A stretch of 62,860 bases of DNA, the filler included, from Welwitschia mirabilis (Eukaryota): assembly GCA_051453625.1 (NCBI GenBank). It is 11 parts of one record of this genome, joined end to end, with 100 filler letters (N's around TTAATTAATTAA, not from the genome) between each part and the next. Parts side by side here need not be neighbours in the genome. Positions count along the whole stretch, not along the records: positions 1 to 16,844 come from JBOZIK010000001.1; 10 more parts are not named here. One strand, 5' to 3'. The notes under the pieces were generated by a model that was given only the letters and a program-made list of their open reading frames with translations, was not told the origin of the DNA and did not search any database. The translations under genes and the position numbers were made by a program. Every line of letters begins with the position of its first letter. The first letter of the stretch is position 1. Below, in pieces: positions 1 to 13,750 of the stretch.

Positions 1-425
1 TGTTATATTTTGCATCTTAATTATAATTAACAGGATTGAATTTGGAACATGAACTATTGCACAAATACACACCGCAACAATTATCTTCTTACTCTAAATT
101 CTAAACTAACAAATTCCCTTGACAACAATTATAAAATAACCTGATGAAAGATGTATAATAGTATGTAGAAATTATAAAGTACCACTTGATTAGGAAATTA
201 TTATGAATATCAAGTATGTTTAATGTTATCAAATNNNNNNNNNNNNNNNNNNNNNNNNNNNNNNNNNNNNNNNNNNNNNNNNNNNNNNNNNNNNNNNNNN
301 NNNNNNNNNNNNNNNNNNNNNNNNNNNNNNNNNNTCTATACTAGCATGTTGTATTTTGCATCTTAATTATAATTAACAGGATTGAATTTGGAATATGAAC
401 TATTGCACAAATACACACTGCAACA
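1..425 (+). mobile_element. 3' end (U5) of an Athila-like LTR inserted into the 3' non-coding region of the neighbouring minus-strand element; shown twice around an N gap
   Basis: Ends ...cacaaatacacaccgcaaca at 79 and ...cacactgcaaca at 425; reverse-complement match to the LTR end at 43217-43324. Confidence 0.75.
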
Positions 426-1338
426 ATTATGTTCTTACTCTAAATTCTAACCTAACAAATTCCCTTGGCAACAATCATAAAATAACCTGATGAAAGATGT
501 ATAATAATATGTAGAAATTATAAAGTACCACTTGATTAGAAAATTATTATGATAATATTAAGTATGTTTAATGTTATCAAATAATAAATAATAAGATAAA
601 AAGCTGTTTAAAATAGGAACTTACAGGATACCATATCAAAACAATACTAGAATCTAAAAATTGAGTGGTCATGTGGAAGTACTAAAAATATATAAAGAAA
701 AGTGAGTATAGAAAACAAAAACTACCTCTGATGATACTAAGGACATTAATAATCTCATAGCCTCAAAATGTAATTTATTTATCCATGATGAGGGGATTAA
801 AACCATTACCAGAGGAGTAAGAACCCATATAGCATGGCCAAATGACCCCTTAGTGGACTTTCCATAGCTATCAAATCACTCTACCAAAGGCTCCTCTCAG
901 GAATATTTGCCCTAGTGAACTTGCAGTAGGACATCATGGTGATCATGTTTTTGAGATATAACATGAAAGATCATGATCATTATTTCTTTTTTTTCTTTTT
1001 CCCTCACTTCGTTTTTTAATGAAAGAAATAATATTCCATATGACCAAGTACTTGTAAGGATAAAAGTGAAGTAATGAGATAAGTAATAAGGTAAGAATAT
1101 GCAAAAATAACTAATTACTCATACCATTGAAAGAGAATAAAAGAACTAAGGCATCTTTCTTTAAATTGAAGTTTAAAGACATACAAATGTCTGAAGATAA
1201 AATGAAGCCAATATTATCATCTAAATGCCAAGTAAAATATCATTCATCATGGAAACTTTATAAGTAAATAAATATGTCAAGTTAAAAATACTCAAGTGAG
1301 ATCATAATTTTTACCTAAGAAATGAGTTAAGAAGAAAT
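426..1338 (-). mobile_element. 3' non-coding region of Athila-like element A
   Basis: Reverse-complement homology to 22160-23060 and 44465-45192, which follow integrase ends on the + strand. Confidence 0.75.
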
Positions 1339-4300
1339 TTAGATAATGGCAAAGGAAAGGTCCTCTTCATTGAGAGGATATTCTAGAATAAGTGCTTCTA
1401 TCATGTTTAAGGTTTTATCATAGGATGATTTATAAAGTTTTAACCTTTGTCTATTGACATTTTTAATTTCTTAAGTATTTATATTGAAGATTTTAATTAA
1501 GCCATTTGAATGTACTTTTTCTATTAGATAAGGTCCTAATCATTTAGGAGTTAACTTTTTATGAAAAAGGTGTATTACAGTGTTACACAAAAGGACAAGT
1601 TGACTAGGTTTAAACTACTTATAAATAATCTTTTTATTATGTCTAAACTTAGATTGAGATTTATGAATGAGTTGATGATGTAAAGCATGAGTATGTTTTT
1701 CATCTAAATGGTCAAGTTAAGCTAATCAAGTTTTAAGGTTATCATTCAAGTCTATAAGGTTAAGTTGATGGTGGATCGATAAGAATTATAGCAACATCAA
1801 CTAGTAAAATACAAACTTTTCCATAGACAAGTTCATATGGTGAGAAACCTAGAGAGTTATGCTAAGTAGTATGATAAGCTCAAAGAACATCATTAAGTTT
1901 AGAGAACCAAGTTTTCCTATTGATAGAGACTAATTTTTGAAGCATCCTTTTTATTTATCTATTTGTATTTTCAACTTATCCATTAGTTTGAGGATGATAG
2001 GCACAAGCAATTCTATGTTCATCACCAATGGATAAAAGAAGTTTTTAAAAAACGTGATTAATCAAATAAGTTCCTTGATCACTAATAATAATTTGTAAAA
2101 AATCAAAATGTTAAAAGATATAAGTTTAAACAAAGTTGAAAATGGTTCGAGCATTATTTTTCTAGTAGGAACAACTTTTACCCACTTAGTAACATAATCA
2201 ACAGTAACAATGGTATAATTTTTGTTAGGAGAAGGTAGAGTAATAAAGCCTATAAAGTCAATTCCATAATAATTAAAAGTTTCACATTCAAGTATAGAGT
2301 TAATGGGTATATCATAAGATAAAGTTAGGCTACCATAACATTGAAATGCATTGCACCTTCTAGAAAAGTCATATAAATCCTTAAAAAGGGTAGGCCAATA
2401 AAAACTAGAGTGAAGAATTTTTATGGTGGTCTTTTAGTCACTAAAGTATCCCTCATATAATCCTTCATGATAAAGTTTTAGAATTTATAGGGTTTTCCAC
2501 TTGAGTACACACTTACGCATAATTTTATCTTAACAACGTCTATAAAAATGGGGTTCATTCCATTTCATAATCACTGATCCTATGGAGAAATGTTTTACAT
2601 TGGTTATGGTTCTAATGTTAAGGAGTTTTCATAGTCGCAAGGTAGTTTATGATGTCAGCATATCAGGGAATGGGATAAGAAGATAAGATAGCATAAACTC
2701 ATTTAATTGCAAAGAGTTATTTATCAAAAAAAGAATTATTAATAGGAGCTTTATCACGAGAGCAAGCAAGTCAAGATCGATGATCAACAACACTGTTATG
2801 TTTTCTAAACTTATCATTGATGGTAAGATTAAATTCTTGCATGAGAAGGATCCACCTAATAAGTCTAGAACTAGAGTCTTTTTTAGTTAAAAGATAGCAG
2901 ATGACTGCATGATCTATGTAAATATTAATGTAAAAATCAAGAAAACAATGTTGAAGATAATTTAAGCAAAAGATAATGGCAAGCATTTCTCTCTCAGTAG
3001 TAGTGTAGTTGGATTAGGCTTGGGATAAAGTTTTACTAAGATAAGATATGACTTCAAAATCATTTTTATACTTTTGGCCAATAACCTCGCTACAACAATG
3101 TTGCTTACATCACACATAAGTTCAAAATCTCATTCTAATTGAGACCCATAACAATAGGTTTAGAAGAAATATTTTCTTTGAGGGTTTTAAATGCAAGTTG
3201 GCATGAATCATTCCAATCAAATTTAACATCTTTTTCAAGTAAGGAGTGGAGAGATTTATAAATTTTGACATAATCAAGAATGAATTATCATTAAAAATGA
3301 GCATAACCAAAGAAACATCTAACTTGTTTGACATTAGTTGGAGGGCTAAGGTTTTTAATGATATTAACTTTTGTAGCATCTATCCTAATCCATTCTTTTG
3401 AAATGTAATGACTTAAAATAATTTCATGTTTAATAATGAAAAAACTCTTTTGCCAACTCAAATGTAAGCCACTCTCAATACATTAATCTAGGACTTTTTC
3501 TAATATCGTTATAGTTTGTTCAAAAGTATCACCAAAGATAGAGAATTCATCCATAAAAACTTCAATAGAATCTTCTATCATATCAAAAAAGATACCCATC
3601 ATGGCTCATTTCAAGGTTCCAGGGGCATTGCAAAGTTTAAAGGGCATTTTTCTAAAAGTAAAGGTTCCAAATAATAAGGTGAAAGTGGTTTTAGCTTGGT
3701 CTTCCCTTACTGTACAAATTTGATTATAGCTACTATACCCATCAAGAAAATAATATTAGCATAAACTTGAATTCTATTAAGTATTTAATCAAGAAAGGCT
3801 AAGAAGTAATAATTCTTTTTAGTGAATGCATTAAGTTTTATAAAATCGATGGACATTCTCCATTTTCCTCCTTCTTTGGAACTACTATTGAAGGACTAAC
3901 TCACTCACTATTGGATATGGCATATATAATTATAACATCCATACGTTTAATGATTTCATCTTTAACAATTTGTTTAAGAGCTAGATTAAGTCTTTCTTGG
4001 GGCTACCTAATAGGTTTAACATTATTTTTAAGATAAATCTTATGTTAAACTATGGAAAGAGGAATGGAAGCTAGGTCTTTATGTGTCCAAGGAAAGGAAT
4101 TTTCTTTTAAAATTAAGAGTTAGATAAAGTTTGATTCTTGTTGAGGAGTAAGAAAATCACTGATTATTAGAGGTTTCATTTTATTTTTAGAAAGAAAAAT
4201 ATATTTTAATCCTTGGGATAATTTCTTAAGTTCAAGGGTGGTATTTTGGGCTATCGTCCCATCTATTGTGGAGATAATAAACATGGGATAACACTCCATA

Positions 4301-6058
4301 AAAAGTTTTTCTACCAAATAAAAATTTTGAGTTTCTTCCCAGTCTATGTATTCTTCATCCTCAGACTCAAAATAGTGTATTTTAGTGTAGTTATCATACA
4401 AATTTGGTTCATATAGCATGATTAATCTCTATTTCATTAGTCAATGTTGTAAAAACAAGTTTGGTTTCAATTCATCTTCAAAATTAAACTCAGTTCTTGT
4501 GTTCTTTTTAGTATTATCAAAAACTCTAATGGTAATTTGTATATTGCCAAAATGGTATCTCATCATCCCGGAACATGTGTTGATGATACAATGGACATTT
4601 ACACAAAAGGATCTTCCTAAAAGAAGTGGATATCCTCTATTATATTCTATATTAATTATGACTAAACCTATGGGATAATAAGATTTCTCAATTTGAATAA
4701 ATAAGTCTTTGATAATTCCTAATTTTTTCTTGATTAAGGTATCAGCTAATTTCAAGATGATTGGTGTAGGTTCTATTCTATTTTCTAATCCAAGTCTCTT
4801 ACATACATGGATAGATATGATGTTCACACTTACTCCTATGTCAATTAAAGATTTTCAAATCCTTTTGTTTCCTTCTAAGGTAAAACTCACAGTTGTAGCC
4901 CCCAGGGTCTTTGAGTTTAGAACATTTTTGCATGACTAAGTTGGAAAGAGATTAAGTAAAAAAAAATTTGCTAGGAATGATATATTCTTTCTTTCTTCTT
5001 ACTAAATCCTTCCATAACTTATAATATTTAGGATTTTCTTCCAAGAGTTTCTAAAAGGGTAAGTTAATATTTACTTGTTATATCAAAGCTTTTAGGTGTT
5101 CATAAAAGGTCAGATTTGTATTCAATCTATCAATCCAAATAGTGGATGGTTTCTTTTATTTATTTTCTTATGAAGTTAGTCGAGGATTTAGTAGGTGATG
5201 TTAATAGAAGGTTGTATGAATCTAAAATTTCTACATCATCTTCCTCATTTTTTATATTATTTTTAAAAGTTAAAACCTTATGGGTAGGAGGTGTTGTATC
5301 CTTTCCACTTCTTGTTACTGTTTTTAAATCTATCCTAACTTCATTTGGATTAGGTAATGATTAAGATGCAAGAGATCCTTATAGTCTTTGGTTGGTAAAC
5401 ATTGTTTGTTGAAGCACATTTACTAAGTTTTCAATGTTGCTATTAGTTTTCTCTTGCTCTTTCTCATCTCTTCTATGGATTCTCTAAGTGAATCATTCTA
5501 ATTTTGTTGAAACTTATGTTGAAAGTTGGAATTCATGAATCTACTTTCAAATGGTTTTCATTGAGATTACCCACCTAATATTTATTGAAATTGTGGTTGG
5601 CTTTTAAAATTAGGTGTTCTTTGGTTGAAGTCACAAAATTTCTTAAACATCCTTTCCTTACAAGTTGGTAACAAGGGACATTCTTTTGTTGGATGGGAGT
5701 CATCTTCACAAATTTCATACTTTGAAGTTGAGTTTTATTTTTTACTACTTTTGCATCAACTATTATTTGTGTATACATCTCTAAAGTAGTATTAAAATCT
5801 TTTATCAGATTAGCTGAGTCCTCTCTTTCTTCTTTTTTATCATGTTTAACTTCCTTTAAATCCTTTAAGATTTGGCCTATAGTTTAAATTTTTTTGGTGG
5901 ATTTAGGCTAAGTTTGGCTTATTTTTACAAACTTTTATAAAATACTCCATGTTTTTTCTAAGACTAGGTTTAATAAATTGCCTCCATAAGAAAAATATAC
6001 AAGTTGTTTAGTTGGAGCATCCAATCCACTGTAAAAATAATCTATGAGCTCTTCTTTA
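1339..6058 (-). pseudogene. Degenerate Ty3/Gypsy (Athila-like) gag(partial)-PR-RT-RNaseH-INT polyprotein, element A
   Basis: Minus-strand motifs: PR SLIDIGVSVNI (~4850); RT VSPSIVVPKK..WRM.IDF (~3890), FLDGYSSYNQI, EVFMDEFS (~3555); RNaseH SSSRLIRWILLMQEFNL (ORF 2771-2986); INT FYWPTLFKD, YVTKWVK, GPY motif (~1540); many stops and frameshifts. Confidence 0.93.
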
Positions 6059-7202
6059 GGCACTAGGCTAAGAGTTAGAGAATTGATTTCCAAGATATTT
6101 TTAATATTTTATCATATAATAAATAAAAGTAACTAAATAAGTAAATGCAATGCAAGTGAAAATAAATGAAATGCAAATGGAAATGGAATGAACTCTATAA
6201 ATTCCTCATCCTTTGGTCATAAGAACTAGCTTCTCTATATTCAAGATCAATTAAGAAGAGTACTCAACTTATTCCTAACCAACATGAACTATGAGATCTA
6301 CCAAGTAAAATATAGAATGCAATGTGAAATGGAATGGAATAGCAATGAAAATCTAATACTAGCCAAGATTAACCTTAATAAAGGTTGCTCTTATGATTTA
6401 GATAAATCACATAATTGTTACTTTAAAATATGAACAATGAAAACCCTAAGCGCCATAAACAAAATTGAAATCAAAATAGCAATTGTATTGATTTAAAGAT
6501 TAATTAGATTAATTCATGAACTTTTCATCCAATTACAATAAAGTAGCAGCACCTCAATGGAAGAGACTCAGTCTACCACCAAGTAAAATCCTATTTGTAG
6601 CTCTAGATGGATCTCTTATTCTTTAATATTTCATTACAAGCATATAAGGTATAAAAGATATAAATAAAAATGGAGGAGGAAAAGGGTATTTATAGTTTTA
6701 CATTAAGATTCTAGAAACTCAACTTTAAAAGTTGGAAAAGAAACCCTAATAGCCCAAATGATTTACTTGACTCCATTACAGAGATAATTTTTTATAATCA
6801 TAGAAAAATAAATATCATCCTAATTATTGTGAAGATGATAAATGGGACATCACCCTATGTTAAAAGGCACATCATCAGCTTCATGCCCCACTATCAGCCT
6901 TGCAGCTTCTATTCATGTCAGTAGTGCTATCATCCTACTTATCGTGGGGATGACATAGGGGATAATAGGCTTCTTTATCTTCTATCTTAAAGGTAAGTTA
7001 GCCTTTTGCATGATGAATTCTTCCTCTAAATATGCAGTATCAGAAACAGCCTGAGAAACTATTGAATATGTTAAGAATCGCATGTTTCATTGATTATTTT
7101 ATCAGATCTCAATAATTATCAGTATTGCATACAAACTTATGTAAATATCCTACAAAATAATTTAAAATACACCATAAATTCCTATAAATTAGCATCACAA
7201 TA
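6059..7202 (-). mobile_element. 5' LTR of element A, truncated in U5 and fused directly to gag
   Basis: Reverse complement starts tattgtgatgctaattt (decayed TGTTGCGATGCC) at 7202 and is collinear with LTR 31289-32629 until ...gcctagtgcc. Confidence 0.85.
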
Positions 7203-7950
7203 GAATTGAACTAGCATCCAGGTTATAAAACAACTGCACCTCAATGAAGCATGCACAGCCTTTCACTAAGGAAACATCTTTCTGTAACTACTCAAGATGG
7301 ATATCCTACCATTTGATCTCTTATTACAAGAATTTCTAGTGATTGATAATCATAGGAGGATTAAGGGAGGTGTTTATTTATATAGCAAAGAAGGCATAAC
7401 CATCCCTCAAAATGCACTAAAAAATGTGCTCAAATCAGATAAAGAAATGAATGAAATAGATGAAATTCAGTCAGTTATTTCTATTATCATCTTGACCATT
7501 ATTGGGATGATAATGGGGACAATGGTACATGAGTTATCAATTATTATCTTTCATGTTATGAGGATGACCATGATCATGAAACTTCTTTAGAAAAGAGGAC
7601 TTCATTGGTTTCAGCTCCAGTCCATTCAACATTCCATTTAGCTTGTACACTTCTATTGTCCTATCTATTATGGGGATGACAGGGGGGACAACAATTCTTC
7701 TTATCTTTTCAACTTAAGAGAAGTTATCCTATAGCATAATTAGTGTTCCTCCAAAGCATTAAGGATTAGAGTATGCCTAAAATACCTTTGAATATAATAA
7801 GAACTACATGTTTCTGTGANNNNNNNNNNTCTGTGAGCATCCATCAACTATCTATAAGCCCTAGAATTACATCTAGACCTGTATAAATGTCTTGCAAAAT
7901 CACTCATAACACCCTATTAAATACATATAATTAGATAAGCCATTAATATA
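7203..7950 (-). mobile_element. Remnant of an older related LTR into which element A inserted
   Basis: Homologous to LTR 18538-19680 (cacctcaatg, TATA region, ggggatgac motifs). Confidence 0.75.
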
Positions 7951-8998
7951 ATATTTAATAAAATAGATAGAAATTTAATTAATAAATTTAAAATTGACAT
8001 GAAAAGAGATCATGAAATGATAAACCTTGGCTAACTCTTAAACTATCTTAGGATCTAGATTTAGCAAACCCCAATAATCATAATTCTTGAATGAAGGTAA
8101 ATATGTTGTTAATATGTTGAAAAAGTTTGATATATAGCAATGCAAACCCATCTCCACTTTCTTGTCAACCAATCACAAATTCAAAAGAGATGAAGGGAGA
8201 TGATTTTGATGAATACACATATAGATCTATAATAGAAAGATAGATGTATCTAATTGTAACACATGCAGACATTGAATATGCAGTTAGCTTAATGTCTAGA
8301 GTCATGACTTGTCTAATAAATCCTCATCTTAATGTTGTTAAAATAATCTTATCCTATGTTAAAAGCACTCTAAATGATGGTTTATTTTATGAATAAACAT
8401 ATAGATCTATAATAGAAAGATAGATGTATCTAATTGTAACACATGCAGACATTGAATATGTAGTTAGCTTAATGTCTAGATTCATGACTTGTATAATAAA
8501 GCCTCATCTTAATGTTGTTAAAAGAATCTTATCCTATGTTAAAAGCACCCTAAATTATGGTTTATTTTATGAATCTAACAATAATACACAACTTGTTAGT
8601 TATGTTGATGTAAATTAGACTAATAGTCTTGGTGATAAAAAGAGCACTACAAGTTATGTAATGATTCTTAGTGGATGAATTTTCTCATTCATAAGTAAAA
8701 AGAAATATTATGTAGGTCTTTCAGCTACTAAAATTAAATAAATGGCTATTCTTTTGGAAAGTGAATAGTTGATATGGTTTGATGAGCTATTTCAAGATGT
8801 CATAATTCCTATTGATATGAAAGACCCAAGTGCATCATTATAAACTTCCACTTTATTTGAAACTTGGTAGAGGATGGATTTCTTGTTCTTGATTATTACC
8901 CCTCAAAATTACAACTTGTAGGCATTTTTACAAAATTGTTAGACAAGGTAAGATTCCAAGAATTGAAAGAAAGGCTCAAGATCCTTGATATTAACATC
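7951..8998 (+). pseudogene. Ty1/Copia RT C-terminus and RNaseH remnant
   Basis: FKIDMKRDHEMINLG, KYVVNMLKKFD..CKPIST, MYLIVTHADIEYVVSLMSRFM..PHLNVVKRILSYVKST.NYGLFY, YVDVN, DKKSTTSY, QLVGIFTK; Copia-type motif order. Confidence 0.92.
8209..8572 (+). repeat. 180-bp tandem duplication inside Copia RT
   Basis: atagatctataatagaaag at 8221 and 8401; 7 substitutions counted over the aligned unit. Confidence 0.95.
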
Positions 8999-9180
8999 AA
9001 GGGAGAGATGTAATAGCAATACACACATTAAATGTTGTGACCAACTCAACTATAGAAGTAATAGCAACATGCTTCAGATTTTAGTTTTACCTTCAAATAC
9101 TAGTTTTAATTCTAGTGCATGTGCATTATTTCCAATTTCTATTTTATTTTTTTTTTGTATTTTAATATGTCCCTAATGTC
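8999..9180 (+). mobile_element. Copia polypurine tract and start of 3' LTR
   Basis: aagggagaga (8999-9008) followed by TG (9009) right after the RNaseH end; LTR end not identified. Confidence 0.6.
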
Positions 9181-9994
9181 AAGGAAGAGATTAATGAAGA
9201 TTAGAACATTAAGGGCTTACCACAAAATGAATGTCTAAAATTTTTGATGAATAAGTTTTAAGGTTTAATTTCTTGTAATTTATATCAATGATGGATTCAC
9301 TATACATTTACATGTTTTAGCTACATTTTACAAATTATGATTTTATAATAATTTTTATTTTATATTAAATCTTTAATCCTTTATATTAATTATATTTAAG
9401 CTTTGTGATTATTAGCTAGTTCATCAATGTCTCTAAGAAAATTATGGTCTATAAATTTTTTTCAAATCATGGTCTTCAAAGGCATATGGGAATAACTATG
9501 GTATTATATTAGAAATAATTTATAAATCTATAAATACTATGATTCATATATGAAAGAAAGAACACAAGAGAATGTAAATGAATCGTTTAGGTTAAGAAAT
9601 CATGACAAAAATATGTGTTTTTTAATTGTAAAATCTTTGGAATCTTTTAAATTTTTTTACATATTTGATAGAAATGAGTATTTTGAATTAAATTATCCCT
9701 TATAAATCTTAGAAAGACCACTTGAAAAAGATAAAACAAGATTTTATAAGCTATTTTAAGAAAACTTCTAATAAAATATTAGTGCATGTGTTTCTCACAA
9801 AAATAACTCTACAACTTTGGATTTTTTTAATGAATTTCCATCTTAAGCCATGCCCAAAATAATTTAAAGGAATGATTTCTCTATCAAGGATGGANNNNNN
9901 NNNNNNNNNNNNNNNNNNNNNNNNNNNNNNNNNNNNNNNNNNNNNNNNNNNNNNNNNNNNNNNNNNNNNNNNNNNNNNNNNNNNNNNNNNNNNN

Positions 9995-10130
9995 AAGCAG
10001 GAAGGTGAGGAGCCGGGGAGGAGGGAAGAAAGGAAGGGAGAAAGAGAGGGGGCGGAGGTGGGAGCGAGGATGGGGGAAGGGAGGGGGAGGAAGAGGGGAA
10101 GGGAAGGGGATGAAAGGAAGGAGAGAGAGA
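9995..10130. repeat. Purine-rich (GGA/GA) low-complexity tract
   Basis: Almost only G and A, adjacent to an N gap. Confidence 0.85.
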
Positions 10131-10199
10131 TTGTGGTAGAATCAATGAAGAATTGAAAAAGACGTTAGGATTTTAACTATTACAAAAGTATCTATACAC

Positions 10200-13100
10200 T
10201 TAAGGCTTCCCTCCGCTTCAAATTATTTTGAATCTCAAGTTATGTAATTTTGTCATATTGTTATTATTTTAAGAGAAATTTATTTCATTTAAATTTAAGA
10301 AGTCTTGTAAGATATTCCAAGTTTTCAAAATCTAGATACTTCTTTACTGAACTTACATTCTCAATATATGTATGCCTCAAATTAATTTTTTTAATACTAT
10401 TCAAATTATTCTTTTCTACTGCATGTTTATCTTCTTTCATAAGATTTGTTTTAAATATAAGCCATTGTCATTCTCAAAATTTATACTCTCATTTAATTTC
10501 ATACTAAAAACACCACTAGAACCATAAGTGTCTTTTAANNNNNNNNNNNNNNNNNNNNNNNNNNNNNNNNNNNNNNNNNNNNNNNNNNNNNNNNNNNNNN
10601 NNNNNNNNNNNNNNNNNNNNNNNNNNNNNNNNNNNNNNNNNNNNNNNNNNNNNNNNNNNNNNNNNNNNNNNNNNNNNNNNNNNNNNNNNNNNNNNNNNNN
10701 NNNNNNNNNNNNNNNNNNNNNNNNNNNNNNNNNNNNNNNNNNNNNNNNNNNNNNNNNNNNNNNNNNNNNNNNNNNNNNNNNNNNNNNNNNNNNNNNNNNN
10801 NNNNNNNNNNNNNNNNNNNNNNNNNNNNNNNNNNNNNNNNNNNNNNNNNNNNNNNNNNNNNNNNNNNNNNNNNNNNNNNNNNNNNNNNNNNNNNNNNNNN
10901 NNNNNNNNNNNNNNNNNNNNNNNNNNNNNNNNNNNNNNNNNNNNNNNNNNNNNNNNNNNNNNNNNNNNNNNNNNNNNNNNNNNNNNNNNNNNNNNNNNNN
11001 NNNNATACTGAAAACACCACTAGAACCATAAGTGTCTTTTAATGATTTTAATTCTTGTTTATATAATATAAGTTTTTGATAAGACCACCTTAATCCAATT
11101 CAAAAATCTTAAGGATAATATAAATCTCAAACTTTAAGAATGCATTCTATGTTAAACTTTTAGAAATTTTTATTAGATGCAAGTCCTATATTATCGTATG
11201 CATACAAAATCTTATTTTTTAAAAGCTCAAACTCTAGATTCTCTATAATTCAAATTCTTATGTATAAATAAGAAAAAGGATCATAACATCTACATGAGCT
11301 AATTTTCTTTGGAGAAAAGATTCAAGGTTTTCCTTTTAGAATTATGTTTCATGTTGTTATAGATTGCTTTTATTATACATGAAAACATAAAATTATAGTA
11401 ATACTTTTTTGTAATTATTATTTCTTAGAACTCTCATCCTTTCATGTTTATTCTTTATGAAATGATAAATTTTTGTAAAACATTAAAATTCATTGCATCA
11501 TGAAATTTCATAGAATTTTTTAATGAAATTTTATAGAATTTAGGTATTAAAGTTTTAGTGCTTAAAAAATTGGACAAGGAATCTGCATTTCACCAACTAG
11601 TAAAAAGACTTTCCATGTGAAGAGGAGTTAAGATCAGAAAAGACACATGATTTTTTATCTTATTTTTACCTTTTTGAAAATTTTGCAAGTTTCTTAAATG
11701 TTCAATATGTCTATTCTTTGTTTTATGGGCATTTAATTAATATTTTACATTTTTTATTTTATTTCAATTTAAGACATTACCTTTAATAAAATTTAAGGAA
11801 TTAGTATTTCTTATTTCAAAATTTTATATTAAATATGAAACTTTCAAACTCAAATAGACATTGCATATTGTTGTGGAAACTTCAACCACTATTCTCAAGT
11901 TATTGGTCCTTTTTCTACATGTAAATTTCATAGAAGACTACATCTTAGCTAATTAATGATTAATGGACAATGAGATCCCTCATCCTATGGTTATTCACTC
12001 CATATTTGTAATAAAGAAAAATAAACTTTTTATATTTTGGATATAACCTTATCTTTTTCTCTTTGGAAATCACTACTGTAAGGATTATAACTAAAAGTAC
12101 AAAGAAAAGAGTAATTAATATGTTCACCTATCCATATCTCCTTTAAGCTATATTGATAGCCTCTTTCAAAAAATTCTATTCCATTCTTAGAGTTCTAAAC
12201 ATGTATCCATTCCTTTTTCAAATAGGATAATTCATCTTCCTAGCTACTTCATTTTTTATGAAGTCTTGGAAATAGTGTGTTTCCTAGTCATATCAATTTT
12301 ATTTTAAAGATTTTTAAATTTACCAATGTAAAACATTTTCCTATTATCTATATTTTAAATTTTATGTATTTATGCTTATAATTCTCTATCAAATAAAATA
12401 ATGAATTAATTTTATCTAATAGATAATAGATCTCTATATCTCAAATCATTTTCAATTAATAAGATTGAAAGGTAGTCCATCTCTTTACAATGAAACTATA
12501 TTTGCAAGTACAAACACTCAGTTGTAATATAACAAAGCATTAAGCATTAAGGAATTCAGAGATGCTAAAAGGTTAATAATACTAGGATAGAGATATATAA
12601 ATATATTAAATCCTTAAAGAAGGAGATCTTCATATCTAGGAGGCATCAATAGGACTATGCATCAATAGAAATTTGTTAAATTCCCTTACCATAAAAATTT
12701 ATTAAATTCCCTTAGTTACGATAATAAAAATTTCATTAGTTCATTAAAAATGGGAAAATAAGAAACTTTAATTAAACTTAAAAACATCATAAATAGATAT
12801 AAAAAATTAAAAAATAATGATTAAAGTTTTAAAAAAGCCAAAATTTTTAATTAAAAAATATTGAAATGTTACTAGTCGAATAACAAGTAGAGCATTACAT
12901 GTGATTAGGATTTAGATTAAAATGTTAAAATGCTAAAAACAAAAGGTAGATCTTAGGTGTTCCTATGTAATGTTCATTAGATCAGATGTACTAATTACAT
13001 GGTTATGAAATATAGACTATAGAAAACTTGAGATTATATCCATACATAGTAGTGCATGCTTTCCATAATCTCAAAAAATTAAAAATTCAAAATCCCCTCA

Positions 13101-13750
13101 GAATGTAAATTTCCCTTGAAAATTTATCAAAGTAGAATAAACAAAAACTTCATAGTACTAAGGGATAACTGCAAAAGGATATGAATCATACTAAAGAATA
13201 TACTTAAAGATAAATGATCATGCAAGCACTTCTCCATAGATTTTAAACCTAGAAAATTGAGTGGAAAATTAATTATAATGTTAATTCCTTATTATAAGGG
13301 AAACATACTAAGTGAAAAAGAGGATTCTATTTTAACTTTAAATATTTATAGTTTCTCACCTACTTTTACATTACTTTGAAAGTTTGAATTACTCATATCA
13401 TCCTTCTGACTTCATTGCCCAATTCTATTAAAAAATCATTTATGAGCTACTTCTTTCCATAACCACCACATTATATTTTAAAAACTTAAAATTAATTTAT
13501 AGTAGAATATCATTTAACATAAATTTAATTTGAAAAACTAATATGGTTTTCCATTTATACCAAGATTAACATCTCACCTGCCTTAGTATTTTAGCTTCCT
13601 AAGTAGTAAAGCTATTGCACTCTAATAGTTTTGTTCATGTTAATGATTAAAAATTAGGGTTACATTTCTAGTATGGCAAAGGTTTTCTTATTTTCCATTT
13701 ACATATTTTGAGTCCACCATAATTTCATTGAATCCTTTATCCCAAGGTGC
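10200..13750 (-). pseudogene. Highly eroded Ty1/Copia polyprotein remnant
   Basis: Minus strand 12288-12146 reads RKHTISKTS*K/NEVARKMN..YMFRT..FLKEAINIA (resembles TPQQNGVAERMN..FWAEAVNTA; one frameshift); 12010-11927 reads YKYGVNNHRMRDL..LIS*DVVFYE (resembles GVKGYRLWD..ISRDVVFxE); weaker zinc-knuckle (~13460), PR (~13320) and RT (~11200) echoes in the right order; boundaries uncertain. Confidence 0.6.

Noticed and set aside
1..581. ~234-bp direct repeat across an N gap
   Set aside because: Overlapping contig ends or haplotypes are more likely; the same pattern occurs at 10501/11005, 23527/23999, 44718/44923 and 60090/60244
9864..10156. Pro/Ser-rich and Glu/Arg/Gly-rich ORFs (also 39385-39745, 57248-57549)
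   Set aside because: Translations of low-complexity or microsatellite DNA plus Ns
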